In this document: piece after piece, positions 10,395-19,903 of the stretch
Layout of the letters: each line of letters starts with the position of its first letter
Numbering within the stretch: the first letter of the stretch is position 1
NCBI GenBank assembly: GCA_022703055.1
Contig: JAKLEP010000002.1
Span: 96,480-160,479, forward strand
Direction of reading: 5' to 3'
Source of the DNA: Candidatus Omnitrophota bacterium
GTDB taxonomy: Bacteria; Omnitrophota; Gorgyraeia; VGKH01
DNA length: 64,000 nucleotides
Position numbers and translations under genes: made by a program
The notes under the pieces: model-generated
What the model was told of the DNA's origin: nothing
Seen by the model: the letters and a program-made list of their open reading frames with translations, nothing else
The model's database searches: none

Positions 10395-11105
10395 TTAAAT
10401 ATAACAGATAGCTGCTGGCTTTCTTTTATGCTCGGTCTTGGCGATGATACTCTTTACTTTACCGATATGGCGGGATTTTCTAGCTTTCTTTCTCCCTAAT
10501 ATACTCCCCAAAGCGGAATCCAGATCGTTATAAGTTATTCCCATCTCGCCCTCGTCGGTTTGCCCTTGCCAAAGCCCAGCAGAAGGCGGCTTATCTATGA
10601 TTCTTTGCGGGATTCCCAGCGAACGCGCCAAACTGCGGACTTGACTTTTATAAAGGTCGGCAATAGGCAGGATATCCACTCCGGCATCGCCATATTTAGT
10701 GAAATATCCGGCATAAAGTTCGGATTTGTTGCCGGTTCCGGCAACCAGATAATTCAATTTGTTGGCAAAATAGTAAAGCGTTATCATACGTAGTCTTGCT
10801 TTTATATTTCCTTTTGTTTTAGTGTCAGATTCAGGTAATATCTTAAGGAAATTATCATATACCCCAGCCAGATTTATTGTTTTGGTATTTAACTTGAACT
10901 TTCTTGCCAATAACTTGGCATCATCCAAATCTTCCTTCAAGCTATGACAAGGTAAAATAAGGCACAGAAGATTCTTACCGATAGCCTTCTGGGATAGTAC
11001 CGCGACCACGCTGGAATCTACTCCTCCGCTGATGCCTAAGACGATACCTTTTGCCTTAGCTTTTTTTACCTGATTCTTAATCCAAGAAACTAATTTTTTT
11101 TCCAT
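10395..11105 (-). CDS. nadE: NH3-dependent NAD+ synthetase
   Basis: 236 aa. PP-loop motif GISGGVDSSV and overall NadE-like layout. Confidence 0.88.
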   Translation of the reverse strand: MEKKLVSWIKNQVKKAKAKGIVLGISGGVDSSVVAVLSQKAIGKNLLCLILPCHSLKEDLDDAKLLARKFKLNTKTINLAGVYDNFLKILPESDTKTKGNIKARLRMITLYYFANKLNYLVAGTGNKSELYAGYFTKYGDAGVDILPIADLYKSQVRSLARSLGIPQRIIDKPPSAGLWQGQTDEGEMGITYNDLDSALGSILGRKKARKSRHIGKVKSIIAKTEHKRKPAAICYI

Positions 11106-11144
11106 AGGTCTATTATGATAACAAATAACTTTGTCTTGGTCTAT

Positions 11145-12311
11145 CTAAAAAATTTTATTGGCGATCCAACCCAATAGAACTACCTGCGGAACAGTCACTA
11201 TAGGAAGCCACATCGCGGTTTTCTTGCCTACATTATGCCAAAGAAGACCAATCTCGGTATAATCCGTGACAACCCCTGCCATCAAGAAAACAAAACTATT
11301 CCCAAAGGCTCCGGTCTGACGATAGATTTCAAAAGCCATAGGCGATGAGCCTTCGGAACAAACCTCTATTACCGTAGCCAATAATAGTGTCAACAAAAGA
11401 CCGACAAAACTTGCGCCCAAATAAGTGGTAAAAACATGTGTTGGGATATAGGCACCGGCGAGGCTCGCCAGCCCCACGCCAATCAAAACCCACCACAAAA
11501 CCATGTTTGATAAAGAAACCACCCCGTTAAATATACCTTTAAAATCTGATTTTAAAGTATCCAGAGAAAACCTATATTGTTTTATCCTCTTTGCCATGTC
11601 TGCGCTAATAGAAAAATTATCTTCTACGACAGTGGTATTTATATTTTTCTCAATCAGATTCTTACTTTCTAAAAGCTGGAAAATAAACCCTGTATTAATA
11701 GCGATAACAATAGCTCCCAGAATAATAAACAATGCCTTAAGACCAAAGAAACTAATAAGCATGATCGTTATAGTCATATTGGCCCAAGGACTGGCAAGTA
11801 AAAATGAAACTACTGCCGGATTAGATGCGCCTTTCTTATGAAGCTGGATTGATAATGCCAAAATTCCATGGGAGCAAACACTCATAAAGAATCCTAAAAT
11901 CACCGAATAGACTATTGTCCGTTTCTTTGGTTTGGCTAAGATGTGTGAGAAATATTCGCGCGGTACGTAATGATCGATTATCCCGCCCAAGAAAAGCCCT
12001 AAAAGAATAGCCCACCAAATCTTTTGGAAATAACTAAGCAACGTTTCCCTAAAAGGTAATAAAAAAGGCAAAACAAAAGACAATAAACTCAAAACTAACA
12101 AAGCCAAGGCAACAAGAAATGTCTTATTTCTATAAAAAGGGATTTTAGGATAAACTATACACGTGTTCACAAGTTCGCTGGATATAGCATTATCCTTCGC
12201 GAATTTTTCCAGACAACGCTGGCTGCAGAAGAAATAATCCTGGCCCTTAAAATTTAATTTTAAGCCAGATTTTTCATCTACCGCCATTCCGCAAATCGGG
12301 TCTTTTGCCAT
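11145..12311 (-). CDS. YHS/TRASH metal-binding domain fused to a UPF0718/ArsP-like permease
   Basis: N-terminus KDPICGMAVD...YFFCSQRCLEKF (YHS/TRASH type) is followed by about 9 TM segments. Confidence 0.65.
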   Translation of the reverse strand: MAKDPICGMAVDEKSGLKLNFKGQDYFFCSQRCLEKFAKDNAISSELVNTCIVYPKIPFYRNKTFLVALALLVLSLLSFVLPFLLPFRETLLSYFQKIWWAILLGLFLGGIIDHYVPREYFSHILAKPKKRTIVYSVILGFFMSVCSHGILALSIQLHKKGASNPAVVSFLLASPWANMTITIMLISFFGLKALFIILGAIVIAINTGFIFQLLESKNLIEKNINTTVVEDNFSISADMAKRIKQYRFSLDTLKSDFKGIFNGVVSLSNMVLWWVLIGVGLASLAGAYIPTHVFTTYLGASFVGLLLTLLLATVIEVCSEGSSPMAFEIYRQTGAFGNSFVFLMAGVVTDYTEIGLLWHNVGKKTAMWLPIVTVPQVVLLGWIANKIF

Positions 12312-12339
12312 AATGTTATAAAGTTTTATAATGCTATAA

Positions 12340-12750
12340 TTATAAGTACCTTAAGATTTTATCCATAATCTTGCGCGCTGCCTCTTCATCGCCTGCCACT
12401 CCTACACGAACCTCGATTTTAGATGTTTTAGGAGTTAAATTATGGATATCAACCCAAATGGTCTTGCCATCGCTGTAGTTACTCATTATCTGCGCGACAT
12501 TATCCTTCCTTGTTTCTTTTTCAACAACGAGCTTTAAAGATTTCAAAGCGGATTTAGTCGCATCTATTGATTTATCGAATGGGGCATTGACTTCTTGAGT
12601 TAATTTATTGGACAGCCAGGCTGCCGTACCTGCTCCGCCCGCAGCGCCTGCCAACAATACAAAACAGCCGCAAAGACAAGGAGCCAAAGCCAATAAAAGC
12701 AACAATACCGACATTCTTTTTAACATACCTACCTCCTTTTTAATATCCAA
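12340..12750 (-). CDS. Putative lipoprotein
   Basis: Signal peptide with a lipobox-like Cys cluster (LLLALAPCLCGC). No recognisable catalytic motif. Confidence 0.45.
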   Translation of the reverse strand: MDIKKEVGMLKRMSVLLLLLALAPCLCGCFVLLAGAAGGAGTAAWLSNKLTQEVNAPFDKSIDATKSALKSLKLVVEKETRKDNVAQIMSNYSDGKTIWVDIHNLTPKTSKIEVRVGVAGDEEAARKIMDKILRYL

Positions 12751-13092
12751 CTATCTATAGGTCTGAAAACCGGGAAGATTATCGCTTTTAACCCTCTGAA
12801 AACGATCATCCTCTACGCTCATTAAAGCTTTAATATAGCGCCAGGGAATAAGAATATTGGTTTTAAATTTCTCCTGTTTCTGCTTCTGCTGAGGAATTAA
12901 TTCGCCATTTTTATCCCACCATATTCCTAAGTCATATTTAGGGTTCTCTATCCAAATTCCCACATCATCTATGCCGGTAACAACTGCCCATAACTCGTCG
13001 GTGTAAATCTGAAAAAGCGGCAGGCTAGGCCTTATATCATCAGAGAATTTAAAAAGCACTAGCTTCCCCTGTAAGTCTTTCAATTGCATCAA
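12751..13092 (-). CDS. Hypothetical protein
   Basis: 113-aa ORF abutting the downstream gene. No recognised motifs. Confidence 0.4.
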   Translation of the reverse strand: MMQLKDLQGKLVLFKFSDDIRPSLPLFQIYTDELWAVVTGIDDVGIWIENPKYDLGIWWDKNGELIPQQKQKQEKFKTNILIPWRYIKALMSVEDDRFQRVKSDNLPGFQTYR

Positions 13093-13211
13093 AGCCTCCT
13101 TTTATAAACATTGATTATCGGCGAACTCTCTATGCTAATATTTATACAAAACAAGTGAGCTAATTTTACTCCAAACAAAAACTATCTGCAACACATTTAT
13201 TAACTTACAAA

Positions 13212-13484
13212 CTATATTTTGCCAATAAATATCAGAACACCGATTATAACGAACAGTAACGCACCTGTATACCTTATAAATTCCGGTTTGATAAATTTAC
13301 CTAATGTAGCCCCGATTAAAACAGTAAGTGCCGTAACAACAATATATGCAGCGACCGAACCGAGCCATACTGTAAACGGCCTTCCTGATTTTGCCGTCAT
13401 TCCAATGCCCACTAACTGCGTCTTATCTGCTAACTCTGCAAAAAATATTGCGCTGAATGTTGCCAGAAAAACTTTCCAGTCCAT
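13212..13484 (-). CDS. GDT1/TMEM165 (UPF0016) family half-size cation transporter
   Basis: 90 aa, 3 TM segments, with the signature E-x-x-DKTQ (FAELADKTQL). Confidence 0.8.
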   Translation of the reverse strand: MDWKVFLATFSAIFFAELADKTQLVGIGMTAKSGRPFTVWLGSVAAYIVVTALTVLIGATLGKFIKPEFIRYTGALLFVIIGVLIFIGKI

Positions 13485-13512
13485 TCCTTCTCCTTTAGAA
13501 AAAACTCTGCCG

Positions 13513-13839
13513 CTAAATCTTCTTTAAATCCTTAGTCAGAAAATGAGTTAAAATCGTCCTGATGATAACAATGACACCCAATATCCCTAAACTCTGCCAT
13601 GTAGGAGTAATGATGGTCTTGACGATATCGCTGGCAATGAAGAATTCTAGCGCCAACACAAGATAACTCCCTAGTTTTATACGGATAGATTCGTTCAGCA
13701 CGACTGCATCTTTTCTATGCATTATCTCTTTCTTTAAGAAATCCGCGAGAGAAAGGATAATCCCCCAGAGAGTAATAAGCGCACCTACAATATTTAATGC
13801 AAAAATTACAGCATTAATAATAATGTGGAATTTTTCCAT
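13513..13839 (-). CDS. Small integral membrane protein (DUF1622-like)
   Basis: 108 aa with 3 predicted TM helices. The family call is from memory only. Confidence 0.45.
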   Translation of the reverse strand: MEKFHIIINAVIFALNIVGALITLWGIILSLADFLKKEIMHRKDAVVLNESIRIKLGSYLVLALEFFIASDIVKTIITPTWQSLGILGVIVIIRTILTHFLTKDLKKI

Positions 13840-13847
13840 ATTAAGGC

Positions 13848-14276
13848 TTACCTCCTCTGTGCCTCGACCGGTTTTTCCTCTTTGGTCTCACCTTGCATCA
13901 TACCACCTGGCTGCATATCTTTCCCCTGCATAGGCATCATCTTTTCTTTCATTGCTGCCATGTCAATTTTAATTTCAACTTCCTTTTGCAAATTAAGATC
14001 TTTATCATATTTTAAAAGCTTATTGCCAATTAAGACAATCACGCCTCCATCTTCGGTTGCCACAACCGATTTTTCCATCATTGATTTCATCATGCAAGGC
14101 ATCGGTTGCATACCTTCCCTTTGCCCTTGTTGCATCATCATACATTTCGGCATCATTCCGGAATCCGCCGAGACGACTGGCTGATCTGTTTTCTGTTGTT
14201 GATCCTCGGAAAAAGAAATTGCCACAAACCCCAACGCTAAAACTATTAATATCAATAGAATTCTACTTTTCCTCAC
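13848..14276 (-). CDS. Secreted methionine-rich protein (possible Cu(I)/metal binding)
   Basis: Signal peptide, then Met-rich clusters (MMPKCMMMQQGQREGMQPMPCMMKSMM; KMMPMQGKDMQPGGMM). Confidence 0.55.
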   Translation of the reverse strand: MRKSRILLILIVLALGFVAISFSEDQQQKTDQPVVSADSGMMPKCMMMQQGQREGMQPMPCMMKSMMEKSVVATEDGGVIVLIGNKLLKYDKDLNLQKEVEIKIDMAAMKEKMMPMQGKDMQPGGMMQGETKEEKPVEAQRR

Positions 14277-14301
14277 AGACTACCCCCTTATTAGAAAATA
14301 A

Positions 14302-14829
14302 CTATTTAAACAAACCGTCTAAAAAACCCTTAAAAGTCTTCTCGCTTTCCTGTTTTATCTGCTGTTTTTTTGTTTCGATGCCGGTGCAGGCGTTTGCCTT
14401 CGTATCGTCAAACTTTTGCTTAATCTGTTGCTTGGTTTCATCGATTTTTTGGACTGTTTTTTCCCTCGCTGAAGTAAAATTCTGGTGAACCTGCCCCTTC
14501 ATTTGCTCGGCTTTATTTTTTATATCTTCCTTAGCGGCGGATACCTTTTCATTTGCCTGATTTTTCATCTGCTCAACAGTAGACTGCGAAGGCTGCTCGA
14601 GCCTTTTTAGCCTACGCTCTTCTAATATCTGGGCTTTTTCCTCTTCTGTCTTACCGAGCGTGACCCACCAGTCTGAAGCTTTATCCAATATTGAAAGATT
14701 TTGTTCATCGACCTGAACTGCCTGATTTAATTCTTGTAAATTTTGAGCCTGCTGTTCTTCTCCAAAAACCAGATATCGACAATTAAAAATAATAATTGAT
14801 AGAAAAATAAATAGTACGAGTTTTTTCAT
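14302..14829 (-). CDS. Secreted coiled-coil / low-complexity protein
   Basis: Signal peptide followed by K/E/Q-rich repeats (KNKAEQMK, KQQIKQK). Confidence 0.5.
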   Translation of the reverse strand: MKKLVLFIFLSIIIFNCRYLVFGEEQQAQNLQELNQAVQVDEQNLSILDKASDWWVTLGKTEEEKAQILEERRLKRLEQPSQSTVEQMKNQANEKVSAAKEDIKNKAEQMKGQVHQNFTSAREKTVQKIDETKQQIKQKFDDTKANACTGIETKKQQIKQESEKTFKGFLDGLFK

Positions 14830-14899
14830 ATCGATTCCCCTATAAATGAAAGCCGGGAGCAGTTTCCCTTCCCGGCCTTCATTTAGTGTATTTTAAATA

Positions 14900-15271
14900 T
14901 TATTTCTTTTTATCCGCGATGTCTCCGGCGATAGGGACTTTAAAATATTCACCTTGATAAGCTTTGATCATCAAAACTATCCACAAAATCAATCCCAACA
15001 ACCATAATAACAAATTAATTAAGCGGAATAGTGGGAAAAAGAAATACAAGTGAACCATGAAAAAAATTGATAGTAAAATTGAAAGGATAATCATTGCGGC
15101 TGTCAAACCGCCAAAGACAATGATGGATTGAAGCGCATGGAAGCGCACAAACTTATTGTCCTTTTCGATTAAAAAGAAAATCAATCCCGTAACCCAACCA
15201 ACCACATAACTCAAAAGCGCCGCGACATTTGGCTCAATGCCAGTTGATGTCTTGCCTAAATCCTTAGCCAT
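14900..15271 (-). CDS. DUF4870-family membrane protein
   Basis: 123 aa. LSYVVGWVTGLIFFLIEKDNKFVRFHALQS pattern plus 3 TM segments. Confidence 0.65.
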   Translation of the reverse strand: MAKDLGKTSTGIEPNVAALLSYVVGWVTGLIFFLIEKDNKFVRFHALQSIIVFGGLTAAMIILSILLSIFFMVHLYFFFPLFRLINLLLWLLGLILWIVLMIKAYQGEYFKVPIAGDIADKKK

Positions 15272-15285
15272 GAATCCCCTCCTTT

Positions 15286-18200
15286 TTAGTTTTTCTTCAG
15301 TATCTGTTTTTCTCCTACCCTAAAGAGCTTAGTTGACTTATCCTTTAGGCCTAATTCGCTATTTTCTATCTCAACCGACAACGCGTAACTACCGTCTTCG
15401 GGTTTATCTGTTAAATCCCATTTAAACGAATTCAACCCTTTCTTTAGATTTTCTATCCCTTCAGTAAATTCCTGACCCTCCTGGCCCCTCTTCAAAACCA
15501 AATCGACAGAAAATGAATCTTCAAGACCTTCCGAAGCATATACTTCTACTAAAACCATCAGAGGAATCCCCGAAGGCACCACGCCTTTTTCTTCTCCCTC
15601 AATGGTCATTTTCTTAATATCAATTTTCAATGCCGGTTTTTTTGCACTCGTTCCTCCTGCGGATTGAACCTGCTGAGCCGATTGACTTGAAGAAACTGTT
15701 GTCACTTGGCTAGTTTGCTGAGCTGAACTAGTTGCCTGGACTGTGTTAGCTTGTTGTGTTGTCTGAGTGGACTGAGTTTGTTGCGTCTGATTAGCTGTAG
15801 TTGCCTGAGAGCTTTGTTGTGACTGCGATGTTGTATTTGCTGTCTGTACAGCTTGTTGTGTCGAAGCAGTAAGTGTCATTGGCGGCAGCGAAATAGTTGC
15901 CGGAAGCGCAAGGTCACCTGTGCCCTGAGAAGGCAATGCCGTAAGCTTGACTTGTTTTGTCGAAGAGGAAGAATAATTGGTTAACGTATAAGTAGTCGTA
16001 TTGATATCCGAAATAAGGACCGGCGCTTTAGTGCCGACTGTAATTTTATATTTTCCGAATTTATCAGGGTAAGGATATTTGTTCCAGTTAAATGTCACTG
16101 ACGACGGTGTCTGAGAGGCGATCTTAAAATCCCAAAGATAGTCGCCGAAGAGTTGGAATTCTTTAATTTCGCTCTCGCCGATATTATTCCACTTATCCTT
16201 CGCCTTCACCTTTATCCGATAATTGCCTGCCTTAAGGCCCGAAGAAAGAGTTATTATATGGTCAGAAACCCCACTTCCCGGAGAAGACATTCCGGTTTTC
16301 CAGGTTGAAGTCTTGATTTTTCCTTCGGGATCCTGATATTCTAAGCTACTTTTTCCCTTTTCATCGTCAAGTTTGAAGCTGACTTGGATTTTGGTTTTTC
16401 CGGCTTGCGCAATGTTTATCTGGGATGCAACCGGAGCTTTTCTATCCGCCGGACAAACAATGGTAATATTTCCAGTGGAAGCGCTTGTAAGCGTAATGGA
16501 ATCCTGGATTGGCAGAATGTTAGACGTTGTTGTTGCCGGAGGCGTAACATCAATAGTAAAGATATGTTCATTATCGTCACTAAAGGTTCCCGAGGTAGCC
16601 GCCTGCCCTTTCAGATCGGTAGTAAGCTGGGCGATAGTGTTATTACCCTCTTTTACCAAAAGAGTAGCGTTCTTAAGCGCTTTATTAGTCGGGTCTTTGA
16701 CTGTAATATTTAAAGTGTACTTACGCGGAAGCATTGTTACTATAACCGGGGTTGCGATAAACCGTCCGCAGAAATTAACGGTTGCAGCAGCTGTCGTTGT
16801 CCTATATCCATCCTTAGTGACGGTAAAAGTGTAAGAACCAGGATTAAATCCCGAATTAAACGCCCAATAACCGCTCGCCGTTGTTGTAGTGCTTACATTG
16901 GCTCCGGCTGAATTCTTTCCAGATACGACCGCTCCGGAAATACCCTGACTCGGAGCAGACACAATAACACCGCCGCGCGGATTAAACTTGTTTACATCAA
17001 TCACTACCTCCCCTAAAGAACCTTGAGCAGTAGCCGAAACTACCAGTTCTTTGGAAGTAACTTCATAACAGGAATTCAATTGCGTACTAAAGGTGTAAGT
17101 TGTGCCCGGATCAAGAATGATATCATTGCTAACGCCTGTTGTACCGGTGCTTACCGATAGACCAAAATCCGGGTCGGTATTTTTCGTCAAAATGACCTGC
17201 ATGTCAGGAACGGAAATATTTCCCTCAGAAGGTGAACGCACACGCAATTTTACCGACGGTGGTGGTGGAGTTGGCAAGGTAGTGATGCTGCCAGTATATC
17301 CAACAGCGTCCTGAGGGTTATTGGTTTCATCATTATTAGTAAAAGTCCAGGAACGTAAATTGTAATAATATTTGGTATTGCCCTCTAAACCCGCCAGCCT
17401 TATAGAATGGTTGGTCTCAAATTGACGCGGGCCTTCGCGAGTTACCCAACCTTGAGTCACGACATCGCCTACTTTTTTCACTGCCATAATATAATTAAGC
17501 GATAAATCCGGCGAGGGAGAAAACATTACTTCTGTAGAGGCCGACTGATTGGTATTCCAGTAGAAATCAACATAACCCGGGCCCGCTACCGCATTGGGAT
17601 TGCTTAAGGTAAGTGTATTACAAACAGCGGACTCTTTTCGCTCCGGACACAAGCCGGCGGCGGTAGTCGCAGTCACCTCTCCTCCGGGGAAAATTTCTCC
17701 TGCCTGATTTACACAATCAACCGCAAAACGATAAGTTTTACCCGATTGGAGATTCGGCACTATCACATTATGTGCCGTTTTAAAGGAATTCTCAATTACT
17801 GTAGCGACCAGAGTATTTCCGTCAAAGGCTTTGACCGTGCCTTTAAGCGGAACCGACGGGCTCGCCCAATTTACCGATACAGATGTGCATCCTCGATTAG
17901 CACGCAGGCTCTGTACTATCCGGTCAGACGGTAATATTGGTATTTCAATAACAAATGGATCGCCCGCTACATTTTTAACAGCCGTGGTATAAGTGACTGT
18001 CTTCTCGACATTATCCAAATCTATCGGTATAACCGATACCTGCACTTTGGCAGTCAAGCCTTGTATTAATCTAAACTCATATGCTATATCTTCGACTTTA
18101 ATGTTTAACTTATCTCCGGGAGAAATAAAAGGTGTAATATCGCGAAAAGTTATTGTCTGTTGCTGGCCCGGCTGAGTAAAATATAAAGTGTAAAGTCCGC

Positions 18201-19056
18201 TTCCTTTGCCTCCGGGGATAAACACTCTGACGTTAACGCGCAGGCTGACTCCCTCCAATTTAAAATACGGGTCCCCCTTTAGAGTCAGCGAAGGCGCATC
18301 GTATATCACGCTTAATGCTTTTTCAATATAATCCTGCAGTATCTCAATTGCTTTTGAATCTGAGCAAGCATTTATAACTTTGATAGCGCGCACAGCATTG
18401 GTCCTGACGCTTTCGGGAATTTTTCCGAAGACTTTCGGTGCTAAGTCTTCTATTTTGGCCTCCGACAAATCAAAGCTGATAAGATCTCTTTCGTTATGAT
18501 AAGCTTCAGTCTTACCTAAAGGAAGGCCACTGGTAGTCGAGGTATTTACACCAATATTACTGACTGCGCTAGCGATAGTATCTCCGACTTTGGGAATCTT
18601 TGCCACTATTTCCCAGAAGTCCAAAGGCAGATCAAACCAGCCAATATCAATAGGAACTCCGCTTACTCCAGCAAAACCAACTTGTAACTTATTAGGAAAA
18701 GAAAGACCGAAAGCTGACTGAAAAGTATTGTAATCTGCACTAGCAGGCTCTGCTTTTACGGCAAAGGTGACATCCTGGCCAGAACGCACAGTGGAAGGAT
18801 CATATCTAAAGGCAAGCTTTACAGGTGTTTTAACCGAGATTGTCCCATCAGAGAATAAAAATCCTATTTTAAAACGAAAACCAACTTGAAGGCCAGGAAA
18901 AAGCCACGGTGTCCAATGCGTTTCGGGAACAGGTTTGCCTTGAAAACTCCAATCAATCGGACCGTATTCATGCACAACATCCAAAGCAAAACAGAAAGTT
19001 CCAGTTATGAAAATACTTACCAGGACAAAAATCAAAACAAATCTTATTTTATCCAT
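15286..19056 (-). CDS. Giant secreted/surface protein with Ig/FN3- and carboxypeptidase-regulatory-like beta domains and a Q/T/S-rich linker
   Basis: 1256 aa. Signal peptide, repeated beta-rich modules (e.g. GYWAFNSGFNPGSYTFTVTKDGY), and a low-complexity block TQQAVQTANTTSQSQQSSQATTANQTQQTQSTQTTQQ encoded at about 15640-15900. Confidence 0.7.
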   Translation of the reverse strand: MDKIRFVLIFVLVSIFITGTFCFALDVVHEYGPIDWSFQGKPVPETHWTPWLFPGLQVGFRFKIGFLFSDGTISVKTPVKLAFRYDPSTVRSGQDVTFAVKAEPASADYNTFQSAFGLSFPNKLQVGFAGVSGVPIDIGWFDLPLDFWEIVAKIPKVGDTIASAVSNIGVNTSTTSGLPLGKTEAYHNERDLISFDLSEAKIEDLAPKVFGKIPESVRTNAVRAIKVINACSDSKAIEILQDYIEKALSVIYDAPSLTLKGDPYFKLEGVSLRVNVRVFIPGGKGSGLYTLYFTQPGQQQTITFRDITPFISPGDKLNIKVEDIAYEFRLIQGLTAKVQVSVIPIDLDNVEKTVTYTTAVKNVAGDPFVIEIPILPSDRIVQSLRANRGCTSVSVNWASPSVPLKGTVKAFDGNTLVATVIENSFKTAHNVIVPNLQSGKTYRFAVDCVNQAGEIFPGGEVTATTAAGLCPERKESAVCNTLTLSNPNAVAGPGYVDFYWNTNQSASTEVMFSPSPDLSLNYIMAVKKVGDVVTQGWVTREGPRQFETNHSIRLAGLEGNTKYYYNLRSWTFTNNDETNNPQDAVGYTGSITTLPTPPPPSVKLRVRSPSEGNISVPDMQVILTKNTDPDFGLSVSTGTTGVSNDIILDPGTTYTFSTQLNSCYEVTSKELVVSATAQGSLGEVVIDVNKFNPRGGVIVSAPSQGISGAVVSGKNSAGANVSTTTTASGYWAFNSGFNPGSYTFTVTKDGYRTTTAAATVNFCGRFIATPVIVTMLPRKYTLNITVKDPTNKALKNATLLVKEGNNTIAQLTTDLKGQAATSGTFSDDNEHIFTIDVTPPATTTSNILPIQDSITLTSASTGNITIVCPADRKAPVASQINIAQAGKTKIQVSFKLDDEKGKSSLEYQDPEGKIKTSTWKTGMSSPGSGVSDHIITLSSGLKAGNYRIKVKAKDKWNNIGESEIKEFQLFGDYLWDFKIASQTPSSVTFNWNKYPYPDKFGKYKITVGTKAPVLISDINTTTYTLTNYSSSSTKQVKLTALPSQGTGDLALPATISLPPMTLTASTQQAVQTANTTSQSQQSSQATTANQTQQTQSTQTTQQANTVQATSSAQQTSQVTTVSSSQSAQQVQSAGGTSAKKPALKIDIKKMTIEGEEKGVVPSGIPLMVLVEVYASEGLEDSFSVDLVLKRGQEGQEFTEGIENLKKGLNSFKWDLTDKPEDGSYALSVEIENSELGLKDKSTKLFRVGEKQILKKN

Positions 19057-19071
19057 TATAGTTTTCCTTCC

Positions 19072-19665
19072 TTACATTAACCTGTCGTACTTAGAACCAA
19101 GCCTGTAGGATTGAACTTCGATCTGCTGCTTACCCGTATCTACGGTAATAACAAATGAGTAGCTCCTTTGCGAGGTTGACTCAAATAAAGACATGTAAAC
19201 ATTGCCTCTTGAATGCGTAGGCTTACTTCCTAATCTTGGGCTTGTAGAAAAACCGGCAGAGCGAAAAGCGCTATGCAGGCTGTCTCCGTCGCCTTCTTTG
19301 ATAATTCGCTTCACAGAATAAATCATCCTGTCTTCCACGACTTCACCGTCTCTTTGCGGGGCCTCAGGGCCTTTGGCAGAGACTAATCTTGCATCGCCAA
19401 AAAATTTCGCTAACACAGGACGGATAATACCATCAATGTCTTTTGCGGTTGTATTGGCGGGAGTTATACCCTTTGCCGAGGAAAATTTGGGATTGCTGGT
19501 AATTCCAGCTGTCGTAGCGCCGGTTTTCTGGGCTTGTTTTGTCAATTGTTCTAGGCCTGCCTGCGATACGTATTTGGTAGGCTCATCCCCTTCTTTCTTA
19601 CCGCAGCCGCTAAACATTACAGCCGCTAAAAAGAACAAACTTAAAATTACAGCAAAACTGCGCAT
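19072..19665 (-). CDS. Putative lipoprotein
   Basis: Signal peptide ending FSGCGKK (lipobox). It is the first gene of the surface-protein operon. Confidence 0.55.
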   Translation of the reverse strand: MRSFAVILSLFFLAAVMFSGCGKKEGDEPTKYVSQAGLEQLTKQAQKTGATTAGITSNPKFSSAKGITPANTTAKDIDGIIRPVLAKFFGDARLVSAKGPEAPQRDGEVVEDRMIYSVKRIIKEGDGDSLHSAFRSAGFSTSPRLGSKPTHSRGNVYMSLFESTSQRSYSFVITVDTGKQQIEVQSYRLGSKYDRLM

Positions 19666-19714
19666 ATTCCCCCCCTATTTTGTGCTGGGTAACTTTAAAA
19701 GGTTTGTAAAGGCT

Positions 19715-19742
19715 ATTATATAGGTTGACTCAAAAAAATCAA
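19715..19742 (-). promoter_or_regulatory. Putative sigma-70 promoter for the lipoprotein/surface-protein operon
   Basis: Minus strand reads TTGATT (19737-19742), N16, TATAAT (19715-19720), about 50 nt upstream of the ATG at 19665. Confidence 0.5.
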
Positions 19743-19792
19743 TATTTTTCACATAAGATGCGAGAAACTAAGAGTTTGAAGCTTTATAAAAT

Positions 19793-19897
19793 TTATTTCA
19801 GCTGTTTCTTAGATAGCACTTTTACAAAATAAAAAACAGTAAAACCAATAATAAATCCCCAGGATAAAATAAGAAATATCCAACCGCTTAGATTCAT
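19793..19897 (-). CDS. MetS-like small subunit of NSS transporter (34 aa, not in ORF track)
   Basis: ATG lies 7 nt after the NSS transporter stop. MNLSGWIFLILSWGFIIGFTVFYFVKVLSKKQLK has a single TM helix and a basic tail, like the small subunits found next to bacterial NSS transporters. Confidence 0.5.
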   Translation of the reverse strand: MNLSGWIFLILSWGFIIGFTVFYFVKVLSKKQLK

Positions 19898-19903
19898 TTG
19901 ATT

